In this document: one piece after another, positions 1 through 10,175 of the stretch
Position numbering within the stretch: position 1 is the stretch's first letter
How the letters are laid out: the number at the start of each line of letters is the position of its first letter
Source: an uncultured Candidatus Actinomarina sp.
GTDB taxonomy: Bacteria > Actinomycetota > Acidimicrobiia > Actinomarinales > Actinomarinaceae
Direction of reading: 5' to 3'
Assembly: GCA_902582695.1 (NCBI GenBank)
Contig: CACHTH010000003.1
Coordinates: 16,273 to 80,272 of the forward strand
DNA length: 64,000 bases
The notes under the pieces: model-generated
What the model saw: the letters and a program-made list of their open reading frames with translations, nothing else
The model's database searches: none
What the model was told of the DNA's origin: nothing
Position numbers and translations under genes: made by a program

Positions 1-24
1 TATAAACCTTTGACTCAAAAGGCA

Positions 25-378
25 TTATTTATTTAATAATTTAATAAATAAATCATATGACATTGATACAACTTCTGGCATACCGTCTGATGATCTTCTA
101 GAATTACCATCTCTCTTTTTTAACTTTTTCCAAAATAAAACAGTATTATCACTTCCTGATTTTTCTATTGCTTTATCTAATGATTGATGAATGTTTAAAT
201 TTTGTCGGGATTTAGCTTCTATAAAATATTCTTCATCATCAACGAAAAGTTGGACATCTCCTAAATCTTTCGATCCACCTTCTGCAAATCGTTGTGATTT
301 AAATTTATTATTTTTATTTAATCTATTTACTATATTTGTTTCGTACGTAGTTCCCTGTTTTTTTGCTTTATTAACCAT
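25..378 (-). CDS. PD-(D/E)xK nuclease, Hjc-like (archaeal/phage-type) Holliday junction resolvase
   Basis: N-terminal K..G..YE..I...L helix, then GDV and IEAK motifs; 117 aa; directly downstream of yebC. Confidence 0.65.
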   Translation of the reverse strand: MVNKAKKQGTTYETNIVNRLNKNNKFKSQRFAEGGSKDLGDVQLFVDDEEYFIEAKSRQNLNIHQSLDKAIEKSGSDNTVLFWKKLKKRDGNSRRSSDGMPEVVSMSYDLFIKLLNK

Positions 379-397
379 ATCTAAATATTACTTTTTA

Positions 398-1141
398 TTA
401 TTCAGAAAGTAATGACTCTAGTTCTTTTTCTTTAATATCAAAATTTGCGTAAACGTCTTGAACATCGTCAAGTTCTTCTAAAGACTCAATCAATTTTGTT
501 ATTTTAGTAAATTGATCTGCATTTAAATTTATTGATGAAGAAGGTATATAGGCTACTTCAGCATTGGATGGTGTGTAAGGGCTTGAGTTGAAAAGTTCAT
601 AAATTAACTTAAAATCCTTAGGATCGTATTCAAATGTTAATGAATTTTTATCTTCTTGAATTTCTAAACAATTGTTATTTATACCCATTTCAATAAGTTC
701 ATCATCAAATGTGTCGAATTGAAATATAGCCTTTCTTTCAAATAAATAATTAACACTACCAGGATTACCCATTGATCCGTTGTTTTTAGTTAAAGCAGCT
801 CTAACATCAGAGGAAGTTCTATTTTTATTATCAGTTAGACAGTTAATTAAAATAGCCACTCCAAAAGGTCCATAACCTTCATACGTAAGTTCAAATATTT
901 CTCCAGTATCAGAATTTCCGTCAATTCTTTTTAAAGCTCGTTCAATATTGTCATTCGGAACAGAACTGGATTTTGCTTTTGAAATTGCTTGATATAAAGA
1001 TGCATTTGCTGATGGATCAGTACCACCGTTTTTTGCAGCTACTTCTATTCCTTTAATTAACTTTGCAAATAATTTACCTCTTTTTGCATCATTTACACCT
1101 TTTTTTCTCTTGATAGTAGACCATTTAGAATGACCGGACAT
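398..1141 (-). CDS. yebC: YebC/PmpR family protein
   Basis: MSGHSKWSTIKRKK start, YEGYGPFG, TDNKNRT, LEELDDVQDVYANF. Confidence 0.97.
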   Translation of the reverse strand: MSGHSKWSTIKRKKGVNDAKRGKLFAKLIKGIEVAAKNGGTDPSANASLYQAISKAKSSSVPNDNIERALKRIDGNSDTGEIFELTYEGYGPFGVAILINCLTDNKNRTSSDVRAALTKNNGSMGNPGSVNYLFERKAIFQFDTFDDELIEMGINNNCLEIQEDKNSLTFEYDPKDFKLIYELFNSSPYTPSNAEVAYIPSSSINLNADQFTKITKLIESLEELDDVQDVYANFDIKEKELESLLSE

Positions 1142-1706
1142 TTTTACCTTCTTTAATAAAATCGTTTAACCAATTTAAATAATATTCGTCATTATTCAGT
1201 TCAGGATGATATGTTAATGAAACAACATTTTCTTGAGCAACTCCAACTATCTCATCATTATGTTGAGCAATCACATTTACTGTATCAGACAATATTTTTG
1301 ATATTTTTGGTGCTCTAATAAAACAATAAATATCTTCGTTTTCAAAAAACTTTACACTTCCTTCAAATGATTCTGTCTGTCTACCATATGCATTTCTTGT
1401 AACTTCAATATCAATATTTGGAATTGTTACTTCACCGCCAATAACTTCTTTAGCTAAGAGTATTGTTCCAGCACATGTAGTTAAAGTAGGTATGCCATCC
1501 TTAATAAGTTGATCTAAATCAGTTAATAAATTACTAAATTGATTAATCTTTTTCATTGCTGTAGATTCTCCACCAGGGAGAATTAAAGCATCCACAAACG
1601 TTAAATCTTTAGATTGTTTGATTAATAATGATTCATAACCAAGTTCATGAATGCTTTTTGAATGGTCAAGAAAACTACCTTGGAATGAAAGTATCCCAAC
1701 TTTCAA
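1125..1706 (-). CDS. pdxT: PLP synthase glutaminase subunit
   Basis: LPGGESTA, TCAG nucleophile, RNAYGRQ, YHPE. Confidence 0.95.
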   Translation of the reverse strand: MKVGILSFQGSFLDHSKSIHELGYESLLIKQSKDLTFVDALILPGGESTAMKKINQFSNLLTDLDQLIKDGIPTLTTCAGTILLAKEVIGGEVTIPNIDIEVTRNAYGRQTESFEGSVKFFENEDIYCFIRAPKISKILSDTVNVIAQHNDEIVGVAQENVVSLTYHPELNNDEYYLNWLNDFIKEGKNVRSF

Positions 1707-2591
1707 TTACCAACCTCTTTTAGCTAATTTCTCTTCCTCAGATAATGTATCAATGTTTATACCTACCATAGGTTCACCGAGGTCTTTGGATACTTCAGAA
1801 AGAACTTTCGGATCATTGTAGTTAGTAGTTGCAATTACAATTGCTTCTGCTCTTTCAGCGGGATCACCGCTCTTAAATATACCAGAACCAACAAAAACAC
1901 CATCGCATCCCAATTGCATCATTAAAGCAGCGTCAGCAGGTGTTGCAATTCCACCAGCAGCAAAATTGACTACTGGTAGTTTATTTTGTTCTTTTATTTC
2001 TTCTAACACATTAAGAGGAGCCCGAAACTTTTTACTAAGAGCCACAATTTCATTTTCATCACATGCGATAACTTCATTCAATTCATTGATAATAGTTCTC
2101 ATATGTCTTACTGCTTCCACAACATTTCCAGTGCCAGCTTCACCTTTTGTTCTTATCATTGAAGCACCTTCAGCGATTCTTCTTGTAGCTTCACCCAATC
2201 CAGTAGCACCACATACAAATGGAGCTTTGAAATTTTGTTTATTAATATGATTTACCTCATCAGCGGGTGTTAATACTTCTGACTCATCAATAAAGTCAAT
2301 TCCCAATGAGTCCAAAATTTGAGCTTCAACAAAATGACCAATCCTAGCTTTAGCCATCACAGGTATAGAGACTGAGTCCATTACCTCTTTTATTACACCT
2401 ACAGACGACATTCTTGCTACTCCACCGTCTGCCCTTATATCTGCAGGTATTCGTTCTAAAGCCATTACAGCTACTGCTCCAGCTTTTTCTGCAATTTTTG
2501 CTTGTTCAGCATTTACAACGTCCATGATGACGCCACCTTTAAGCATTTCTGCGAGACCTTTTTTAACTTTATTTGTAGATTCGATTTTCAT
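1707..2591 (-). CDS. pdxS: PLP synthase lyase subunit
   Basis: [35 protein letters not shown]. Confidence 0.98.
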   Translation of the reverse strand: MKIESTNKVKKGLAEMLKGGVIMDVVNAEQAKIAEKAGAVAVMALERIPADIRADGGVARMSSVGVIKEVMDSVSIPVMAKARIGHFVEAQILDSLGIDFIDESEVLTPADEVNHINKQNFKAPFVCGATGLGEATRRIAEGASMIRTKGEAGTGNVVEAVRHMRTIINELNEVIACDENEIVALSKKFRAPLNVLEEIKEQNKLPVVNFAAGGIATPADAALMMQLGCDGVFVGSGIFKSGDPAERAEAIVIATTNYNDPKVLSEVSKDLGEPMVGINIDTLSEEEKLAKRGW

Positions 2592-2606
2592 ATCTTTAAT
2601 ATTACA

Positions 2607-3596
2607 TCATAAGTTTAAATATAATAAAATGAACTTCTTCATATTTTCTTCTAAATCATACTTATGTATATCTTTGTACTGTTTATTCCACAGGAGATTT
2701 AAATCTTCAGAATCTAAATTTGTTAATACATTACATAATGAGTCAAAATTATTATTTTTATATACAATATAGGAATTTGGTAATACATCAATGAAAGAAC
2801 TTAAATCACTTGAAATTACAAGATTCCCATTATTAACTGCTTCTAAAAGAGTTATACCGAAACTTTCACTTTTTGTGTTTAAAGCAAGATAGATATTAGA
2901 TTTACTAAAGATTTCACTTTTAAATTCATCAGATGGATTTTTAAAAATTGTAATATTTTTATCAGATTTATCTTTATTTGTTACTGCATAAAATAATTTG
3001 TTTATAAATTGCTTATTATTTGATAGTTTTACAAAAAAGCTATAGTTCTTCCTAGTTTCTTGACGACCAATAAACAGATACCCTTGACTTTTATTAAAAG
3101 AAATATTTTGATTAATTTTTATCATATTTGGAATCAATACTGGTTCACTATTTAAGGATAGAGCGTTAGATTCGGCCGATTTACTTACATAAGTACTTAT
3201 GCTTCTATATCTATTAAATTTATAAATAATTCTTAATATATTCGTAATAATCCCTCCTAATGAAGCATGGTGGGTAAAAATGTATTTCTTATTTTTAGGT
3301 AGTTTCCAAAAAAATATAGGCACAAATGGTTCGTGTACATGGACAACATCTGCCCAATCAATATATTCTAATAACAATTTCCTATCTGGAAAAAGTAAAA
3401 CTGATGATATAGAGGAATTAAATGGAATATTGAAAACTTTATTCGAATCTAATGATTCTGTTTTACCATATGCAAATACCTTAACTTCAAATTTTTCATG
3501 CGAAGACAAATAATCTTCGATAAGATTTACTTGGTTCTGCACTCCCCCATATTTTTGAAATGAATATGGAGTTAATATAAGTACTTTAATACTCAC
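2607..3596 (-). CDS. pimA: GT4 glycosyltransferase, PimA-like phosphatidylinositol mannosyltransferase
   Basis: PYSF..YGGVQ, HVHEP, ESFGITLLEA; position in pgsA-patA-pimA operon. Confidence 0.8.
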   Translation of the reverse strand: MSIKVLILTPYSFQKYGGVQNQVNLIEDYLSSHEKFEVKVFAYGKTESLDSNKVFNIPFNSSISSVLLFPDRKLLLEYIDWADVVHVHEPFVPIFFWKLPKNKKYIFTHHASLGGIITNILRIIYKFNRYRSISTYVSKSAESNALSLNSEPVLIPNMIKINQNISFNKSQGYLFIGRQETRKNYSFFVKLSNNKQFINKLFYAVTNKDKSDKNITIFKNPSDEFKSEIFSKSNIYLALNTKSESFGITLLEAVNNGNLVISSDLSSFIDVLPNSYIVYKNNNFDSLCNVLTNLDSEDLNLLWNKQYKDIHKYDLEENMKKFILLYLNL

Positions 3597-4431
3597 TTGT
3601 CCAGACAGGTTGAATTGAATGCCACTGGTTCGGATCTAATAATATAAGTTTTTCTAATTCTTTACTCAACACTTTCAATCCATGCTGAATACTTTGAGCA
3701 TCATTTTCAAAATGAGGAACTATAAAAGGTTTTCCAAAAACGAGTTTATATTTATTATCTATTTTTAAAAAAGTAGCTGGAATTATTGGTATTTGTTTTT
3801 CTAAAGATAAAGAAACTGGACCTTTAGGAAATGCTGCTAATTGATTAAAGAACTCTACACCTATTCCACTTTTACCAACATGTCTATCTGCAAGCAAACA
3901 AACATGGTATCCCTCATCAAGATAATTACTTAATTGCTGGTATGTATTTTGACCTTTTCCACCTAATATTATTTTACAACCTAGTGATTCTCTTAAGTCT
4001 GTAAACCATTTAAGAATATTTATATCTGATAGAGGCTCTGCAACCGCAAGTAATTTAAGGTTTAAAGGTTTACCCATTGGAATAGCAAATTCCCAATTAC
4101 CTACATGTGGTAGAGCAATAATGAAAGAGTTAAAATTTTTATTTAATTTTTTTACTTCATCTTCGTTAATTATTTCAACATCTTGCAAAATTTGGGATTC
4201 ATAGCCTTCTTTAGATAGCCATATAGTTTCAATCCAGTACTTTACGTAATTAATTTTTACAAGCAGTGGTGAGTAGTTTGTAATATTTTTCTTTCTTTTA
4301 TTAAGTTTGATGTTGTTTCTTGGCGTTAGAAAATAATATATTAATCCGATTGGATAGGATAAAACCAAAATTTTACTTAAACTAATTTTTCTAATAAGAC
4401 GATGTATAAATTTAATTATTCTAAATTTCAT
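3586..4431 (-). CDS. PIM acyltransferase (PatA-like, lipid A acyltransferase family)
   Basis: ALPHVGNWE, LLADR, FPKGP, QWHSIQPVW; start moved to ATG 4431, which overlaps the pgsA stop (ATGA). Confidence 0.85.
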   Translation of the reverse strand: MKFRIIKFIHRLIRKISLSKILVLSYPIGLIYYFLTPRNNIKLNKRKKNITNYSPLLVKINYVKYWIETIWLSKEGYESQILQDVEIINEDEVKKLNKNFNSFIIALPHVGNWEFAIPMGKPLNLKLLAVAEPLSDINILKWFTDLRESLGCKIILGGKGQNTYQQLSNYLDEGYHVCLLADRHVGKSGIGVEFFNQLAAFPKGPVSLSLEKQIPIIPATFLKIDNKYKLVFGKPFIVPHFENDAQSIQHGLKVLSKELEKLILLDPNQWHSIQPVWTSEY

Positions 4432-5000
4432 TTTGATAAATGTTGATACAGATATGTAAATCTTTGTAATGCTGTTATCCATGTAATAACTGCGAATATG
4501 TATACATAGAAAAAGTTAAAATTAAAAAACATAAACAATACAGCGAATATTACTCTTTCCGGTCTTGCAGCTAAACCTTTTTTATTTTGTAGTCCAAAAT
4601 ATTCAGATTTTGCTCGCATGTACGGAATTAAATTTGACGAAACAAGTATGGTAAAAATTGTAAAGAGTTCAATATCACTATTTGTGAATGAAATACCGAC
4701 AACGCTCCAAATTATTAATTCCCCTATCCTGTCTATAAGAGAATCAAGAATTCCACCTCTATCAGTAACTAAATCCATTTCACGTGCATAAGGACCGTCA
4801 AGACCATCAATTGCACTACCTAGAAAAATTAATATAATACCAAGATTTCTATTTTCAAGATAAAAGCAATAAGATCCAGCAATAATTACAACTAGTCCAA
4901 ATATTGATACTGTATTAGGTTCTAAATTTAAATATTTTAATATCTTTATAAATGGCTTAGCAAAAACTTCAGAACTATTTTTAAAATATTTCTCAAGCAT
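4428..5000 (-). CDS. pgsA: CDP-alcohol phosphatidyltransferase (phosphatidylinositol phosphate synthase)
   Basis: PNTVS, DGLDGPYAR...G.ILDSLIDR signature, RPER. Confidence 0.9.
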   Translation of the reverse strand: MLEKYFKNSSEVFAKPFIKILKYLNLEPNTVSIFGLVVIIAGSYCFYLENRNLGIILIFLGSAIDGLDGPYAREMDLVTDRGGILDSLIDRIGELIIWSVVGISFTNSDIELFTIFTILVSSNLIPYMRAKSEYFGLQNKKGLAARPERVIFAVLFMFFNFNFFYVYIFAVITWITALQRFTYLYQHLSK

Positions 5001-5478
5001 TTAAATTTTCAGTGTATGGTTCAGTAATAACTTTCCCACTAAAAGCGTTAATTTCAATTATTGTTTTGTTTAAAGGGGGATTTTCATGGGAATAAACAAT
5101 TACAGTCCAGACGGGTGTCAATATATTCTTAAAAGTAAATTGAAATGTCAACGCAATTGAATAATAGCCAATTGAGTGAACGATATTATTTGTAATTCTT
5201 TCAATAACTTCTTGCTGTTGTATTTTGAACTTATTATTAACAAGGAACAATAACAAAGTAACAATACTAAGAATAATTATCACGGGTACATAAGATACAA
5301 AGTCAATTATTAAAGATGTAATAAAACTTAATAGCACAACTACTAGTACAACATAGGGATACTGTTTTCTCTTTCTAGGATCCGGAACGACATAACTACC
5401 AACAGCTAAGGAGTTTAAATCATCAGGTAGAAGGGTTTCTTCCGCAATATCTTTATCAATTTCAATTCCGTCAACCAT
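4993..5478 (-). CDS. Hypothetical membrane protein with PepSY-like C-terminus
   Basis: Two TM segments; C-terminal PVWTV...IEINAFSGKV; overlaps thrS and pgsA. Confidence 0.6.
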   Translation of the reverse strand: MVDGIEIDKDIAEETLLPDDLNSLAVGSYVVPDPRKRKQYPYVVLVVVLLSFITSLIIDFVSYVPVIIILSIVTLLLFLVNNKFKIQQQEVIERITNNIVHSIGYYSIALTFQFTFKNILTPVWTVIVYSHENPPLNKTIIEINAFSGKVITEPYTENLNA

Positions 5479-7408
5479 CTAAACTAAACTCCGGTTCTTT
5501 TAAGGATTTCTTAATACTGTTAATTGCCTTCTTATAATCAACATCTTTCATGTTTTCTTTTCCATAAATATTTACAGCCATAGTATTACTTGCTACATCT
5601 TTCTCACCAATTATTATTTGTATTGGGGTTTTTGATTTTTCAGAATTATGTAGTTTTTCACCAAGTCGAATATTTCTGTCATCTAAATTAACTCTGTATG
5701 ATTTTAAATCGTCAATAATGGTTTGAGCATATTCATTAACATTGCCTATAGTTAAAACATCAATCTGAATCGGTGAAAGCCATCCTGGTAAATTACCCGC
5801 AAAGTGTTCCAACAGCACAGCTGTAAATCGTTCTACTGATCCTAATAGTGCTCTATGAATCATTACAGGTCTGGATTTCTTATTATCAGAATTTACATAC
5901 TCAATATCAAAATTATCAGGTTGAGCAAAGTCGATTTGAATTGTGCTTAATTGCCATCTTCTTCCGATTGCATCTTTTGCATGTAAGTCAATTTTTGGAC
6001 CATAAAATGCACCCTCTCCGTCAGCAGTTTGAAATGGAACTTTTAATTCTGTTAACGATTGTTTAAGACTATTAGTAGCGTTATCCCAATCTTTATCACT
6101 TCCAATGTATTTTGTAGGTTTTGTAGAAAGATCCGCTTCAATTTCAGTTAAGCCATAACTTCCTAACAAATTTACAGAAAATGATAAAAGTGTTTTTACT
6201 TCATCATTTATTTGATCAGTTGTACAAAATATGTGAGCATCGTCTTGAGTAAACCCTCTAAGTCTAAGCAATCCGTGCAAAACACCAGTTTTCTCATATC
6301 TATACACAGAGCCAAATTCAAAATATCTTAATGGTAATTCTTTATATGAATGTAAGTCGCTTTTATATACAAGGATATGAAAAGGACAATTCATTGGTTT
6401 TAAATAATAAGTTTCGTTATTTTCGTCATGATTTATTGGAGGATACATATTTTCGCTGTAATGATCTAAATGACCTGATGTTTCCCATAAAATTGATTTA
6501 CCTATGTGAGGAGTATTTACCAAAGAATAACCATTTTGTAAATGTGCTTTTTTACTGTAAGTTTCTATAACATCTCTTAAAACAGCACCTTTCGGTTTCC
6601 ATAGAAAATTTCCAGACCCTAATTCTTCACTTGAAGTAAATAAATCTAATTCGTTACCTAACTTCCTATGATCTCTTTTTTCCGCTTCTTCTTGTTGAAT
6701 TAAGTATTGATCTAAATCCTCTTTAGAGAACCATGATGTACCATATATTCTTTGTAGTTGAATATTAGATTCATCACCACGCCAGTAAGCACCTGAAACT
6801 TTGGTCAGTTTAAAATGCTTAAGTAAACTTGTTGTTGGTACATGCGGTCCCATGCACAAATCTATAAATTCATCATTTGTATATGTAGATACTATCTCTT
6901 CACCAACACCCTCATCAGATTCTGCTGATTCAATTAGCTCTAATTTTAATTTTTGATTTTTAAATATCTTTACAGCATCTTTTTTTGTTATTTCAGATCT
7001 AATGAAACTTTGTGCACTCTTAGCAATTCTTTTCATTTCTTTCTCTATGTTTTCAAGTTCATTCTCTTTGATTGGAGTTTCAAAGAGAAAATCATAGTAA
7101 AATCCGTTTTCGATACTTGGGCCTACTCCAAACTGAGCATTCGGATATAGATTTAATACTGCTTGAGCAAGTATATGTGCAGATGAATGCCTTAATATGT
7201 GCAATGCATCTAAATCTTTAATAGTTACTATTCTTATTTTTATGTTTTCTGATATTTCAAAAGATAAATCTTGAAATTTATTATCTATTTCAACACAAAT
7301 AGCGTCTTTAAGTAACCTAGGACCTATGCTTTCAGCAATCTGATAACCAGTAACGGGTGATTCATAATTTCGTACTGACCCATCAGGTAATGTAATGTCA
7401 ACATTCAT
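5471..7408 (-). CDS. thrS: Threonine--tRNA ligase
   Basis: TGS domain, HSSAH, DLCMGPH, KPMNCPFH, GAFYGPKID, MIHRA. Confidence 0.99.
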   Translation of the reverse strand: MNVDITLPDGSVRNYESPVTGYQIAESIGPRLLKDAICVEIDNKFQDLSFEISENIKIRIVTIKDLDALHILRHSSAHILAQAVLNLYPNAQFGVGPSIENGFYYDFLFETPIKENELENIEKEMKRIAKSAQSFIRSEITKKDAVKIFKNQKLKLELIESAESDEGVGEEIVSTYTNDEFIDLCMGPHVPTTSLLKHFKLTKVSGAYWRGDESNIQLQRIYGTSWFSKEDLDQYLIQQEEAEKRDHRKLGNELDLFTSSEELGSGNFLWKPKGAVLRDVIETYSKKAHLQNGYSLVNTPHIGKSILWETSGHLDHYSENMYPPINHDENNETYYLKPMNCPFHILVYKSDLHSYKELPLRYFEFGSVYRYEKTGVLHGLLRLRGFTQDDAHIFCTTDQINDEVKTLLSFSVNLLGSYGLTEIEADLSTKPTKYIGSDKDWDNATNSLKQSLTELKVPFQTADGEGAFYGPKIDLHAKDAIGRRWQLSTIQIDFAQPDNFDIEYVNSDNKKSRPVMIHRALLGSVERFTAVLLEHFAGNLPGWLSPIQIDVLTIGNVNEYAQTIIDDLKSYRVNLDDRNIRLGEKLHNSEKSKTPIQIIIGEKDVASNTMAVNIYGKENMKDVDYKKAINSIKKSLKEPEFSLDG

Positions 7409-7494
7409 GATTTAATAATAATATCTCTTATATGTAACTCTGAACTTCATAATTAATTAAAAATATTTATAAATATTCCTAATATGATGATTGT

Positions 7495-8055
7495 ATGAAG
7501 AATAATATAAAATTCAATAATTCGAATATTTTATATATATTCTCTAATGTAAACGGTAAATACAGTGTAGAACTTACGTACGATTTTATAAATCAATATC
7601 AATTACAAAATACATCAATAAAAATATCTTCAAAATCAAACAATGCAATTAGTTCCATAGATATAAGGAAATTAAATATATATAGTTTGAACAAAAAAGC
7701 ACAGAAACAAATATCTAACTTAGCAGATGTAGACAATACCTATTTTATTAAAAAAACAGGTAACAAAGACTTCAACAAAATTAATGTATCTAAATTCGTC
7801 AAAAATATTAATACAAGAAGTACTACAAATCGTAATGAATTTATGTGTCAATACGCTTACGTATACGACTTCTATATCAAATCCAATCACAATAATTATT
7901 CACTATTTTTAGCCAAAAAATTAAATTATTCTGAAAATTACATTAAGAATCTTACAAAAGAACTCTTTGAAAAAAAATACCTTCTAAAAAACACCAAGGG
8001 TGTTCCAGGTGGAGTATTTAGTAAAAAAACTTTAAAGTATTTTAATTCTCGGTAA
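7495..8055 (+). CDS. Hypothetical basic protein with possible C-terminal helix-turn-helix
   Basis: LAKKLNYSENYIKNLTKELFEKKYL...GVPGG; TATGAT box 6 nt before ATG. Confidence 0.5.
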   Translation: MKNNIKFNNSNILYIFSNVNGKYSVELTYDFINQYQLQNTSIKISSKSNNAISSIDIRKLNIYSLNKKAQKQISNLADVDNTYFIKKTGNKDFNKINVSKFVKNINTRSTTNRNEFMCQYAYVYDFYIKSNHNNYSLFLAKKLNYSENYIKNLTKELFEKKYLLKNTKGVPGGVFSKKTLKYFNSR

Positions 8056-8674
8056 CTTCAACTGTGCTAATTACAACATCTGTTGTAGGTTTGTCAGCTG
8101 AATCTGTTTCAACAGATGCTATTTTATCGATGACATCAAATCCATCTACTACTTGCCCAAATATTGTATAGCTGTATGGTAGTGGATAATCCACATGCAT
8201 AATAAAAAATTGACTTCCATTTGTGTTAGGACCTCTATTAGCCATAGCTAAAATTCCTTTTTCATAAGGTCTTTGGTTGTTTAATTCATCTTCAAATTCA
8301 TATCCAGGAAATTTTCCATAGTCACCATGACCTGTTCCAGATGGATCTCCACCTTGAATCATAAACCCGGAAATTACTCTATGAAATATAACATTGTCAT
8401 AATATCCATCTTTTGATAATGAAATAAAATTATTTACAGTATTTGGTGCATCTTCTGTAAAAAATTCTACAGTCATGTCACCTAAATTAGTTTTAATAAC
8501 AGCTGTGTATGATTTACTTAAGTCTATTTGCATAGTCGGTTGTGAATCATATATCTTGTCACTCATTTGTTCTCCTATCGTTGAACTAGTAGTTGTTTCT
8601 AAAGGTATTATTTCAGTTTCTTCACTTGATGTGCATAAAGAGAATAATAAAAAAAGTATTATATATTTTTTCAA
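8042..8674 (-). CDS. Cyclophilin-type peptidyl-prolyl isomerase, probably exported/lipoprotein
   Basis: FHRVISGFMIQGGDP, MANRGPNTNGSQFFI; hydrophobic N-terminus with Cys14; TTG start after AGGAGGT. Confidence 0.93.
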   Translation of the reverse strand: MKKYIILFLLFSLCTSSEETEIIPLETTTSSTIGEQMSDKIYDSQPTMQIDLSKSYTAVIKTNLGDMTVEFFTEDAPNTVNNFISLSKDGYYDNVIFHRVISGFMIQGGDPSGTGHGDYGKFPGYEFEDELNNQRPYEKGILAMANRGPNTNGSQFFIMHVDYPLPYSYTIFGQVVDGFDVIDKIASVETDSADKPTTDVVISTVEVTEN

Positions 8675-8833
8675 TTAACCTCCTGCACCTCCTACATTAC
8701 CAATATTTATATTATTTGTATTAACTCTTTCTTGTTCATTACATTTTTCATTTTGAGATTTCCAACAATCTGGATTTAAATTTGAACTTGAATTGCATGC
8801 TGTAAATAAAAAAAGAATGATGAGAAACTTCAT
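8675..8833 (-). CDS. Small putative lipoprotein, 52 aa (not in ORF track)
   Basis: MKFLIILFLFTACNSSSNLNPDCWKSQNEKCNEQERVNTNNINIGNVGGAGG; fills gap exactly, ATG overlaps upstream stop. Confidence 0.65.
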   Translation of the reverse strand: MKFLIILFLFTACNSSSNLNPDCWKSQNEKCNEQERVNTNNINIGNVGGAGG

Positions 8834-9216
8834 TAACTTATTTTACTAAGCCTAACTTTCGATATTGCACATAAATTTTCATCATGATACATTTTACATT
8901 CCCAAAGTTGATAGGATCTTCCAATTTTTATCGGCTCAGCAATACAGATTATTTCCCCCTCCTGAACACTTGATAAAAAATCTGTATTATTATTTACTCC
9001 AACAAAAGTTCCAATACCTAAAAAATTTGCACCATAAGAACATATGGTTTCAGCCAATGAGGAGTATATCCCCCCATGAACAAGACCCATCGGTTGTTTG
9101 TGGTGATCTTTTACATTTAATTTAGACTTTACATAATTTTCTTTTATTTCAATCATTTCATGGCCAAGATAATTATCTAAATTATCACCATCAAAATTAG
9201 TAAATTTATTTGTCAT
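8833..9216 (-). CDS. PaaI family thioesterase (hotdog fold)
   Basis: HKQPMGLVHGGIYSSLAETICS. Confidence 0.92.
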   Translation of the reverse strand: MTNKFTNFDGDNLDNYLGHEMIEIKENYVKSKLNVKDHHKQPMGLVHGGIYSSLAETICSYGANFLGIGTFVGVNNNTDFLSSVQEGEIICIAEPIKIGRSYQLWECKMYHDENLCAISKVRLSKIS

Positions 9217-9775
9217 ATATTCTTCTTAATCTAGATTCGCCTTCATTATTAATGAACCACCAATATCCAATTATGAATGTTATAAATGTAAAAAATATTA
9301 TAAACAGAAAATAATTAATGCTATTTAGTGTTGTAAAAATATTATACATCCCATATACATGTAAAGAAATACCATAAAAAGTAATAAACAAAGTTACGAA
9401 ACTAAACCAAGAGAAATCATTTCCAAGTTTTGCAACAACTATCTTTTTATCTTGAATTGGGAAAAAATACTTGTTTTCTAACTTATGCGTTATAAATACA
9501 TCCTTTTCAAGTAAATTATTAATCTCTTTTTCTAAATATTCTGAGTAATTTCTTGAAAATATAAGATAATATGCATGAAAAGCGAGAATTACACTACCAA
9601 ACAATGATATAAGAGGCAAAACATAGTTAATTTCTACTACATTAAAGGAGAAAATTACCGAAAGAGTACCCAAAATAAAGAAAAAGCGAACATCTATCAA
9701 GAATTGTTTATGATAGAACTTATTCATTGATCGCATTCTTTTAAGTTGATTTTCAACCAAAGTTATTTCATTCAT
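9206..9775 (-). CDS. Hypothetical multi-pass membrane protein
   Basis: About 4 TM segments; coupled to thioesterase. Confidence 0.6.
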   Translation of the reverse strand: MNEITLVENQLKRMRSMNKFYHKQFLIDVRFFFILGTLSVIFSFNVVEINYVLPLISLFGSVILAFHAYYLIFSRNYSEYLEKEINNLLEKDVFITHKLENKYFFPIQDKKIVVAKLGNDFSWFSFVTLFITFYGISLHVYGMYNIFTTLNSINYFLFIIFFTFITFIIGYWWFINNEGESRLRRIYDK

Positions 9776-9796
9776 AATGTAAAGTGTATTTAGTCT

Positions 9797-10168
9797 ATGA
9801 ATAATAAAAAATATTTATTAGTAATTTTATTTTTGATTTATTTATTTACATTTCTATATCTTATAGACGATGTAGAAATCGAATTTGTCGGAGTTTCTAG
9901 ATTTAAATATCAAGAGTTCAAATTAAACTGTGGATCAATTTATGACATATTAGTTAATAATATTGAGTACAGTGAAAAGAATTTAAGAATGAACGAAGTT
10001 GTATGTAGAAATACAGCTGTTGTAAAAATTCTTAACAGTTTTCTAATTTTTATTTCAAGTATTTTATTCTTTATCTCTGGTATTAAATATCTAAATAGTA
10101 GAACTGAGAGAGAAGATATTTCAGATCTACTTAGACTTTTAAAACGTCGTAATAATAAAAAACTATAA
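9797..10168 (+). CDS. Hypothetical membrane protein
   Basis: Two TM segments flanking a loop with two Cys (CGS...C). Confidence 0.55.
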   Translation: MNNKKYLLVILFLIYLFTFLYLIDDVEIEFVGVSRFKYQEFKLNCGSIYDILVNNIEYSEKNLRMNEVVCRNTAVVKILNSFLIFISSILFFISGIKYLNSRTEREDISDLLRLLKRRNNKKL

Positions 10169-10175
10169 TAATAAT

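Noticed and set aside
1-25. Start of a further minus-strand gene (MPFESKVY)
   Set aside because: Plausible via stop/start overlap, but only 8 codons are visible, too few to call
7409-7494. T-box or structured thrS leader
   Set aside because: Short AT-rich spacer; thrS looks leaderless
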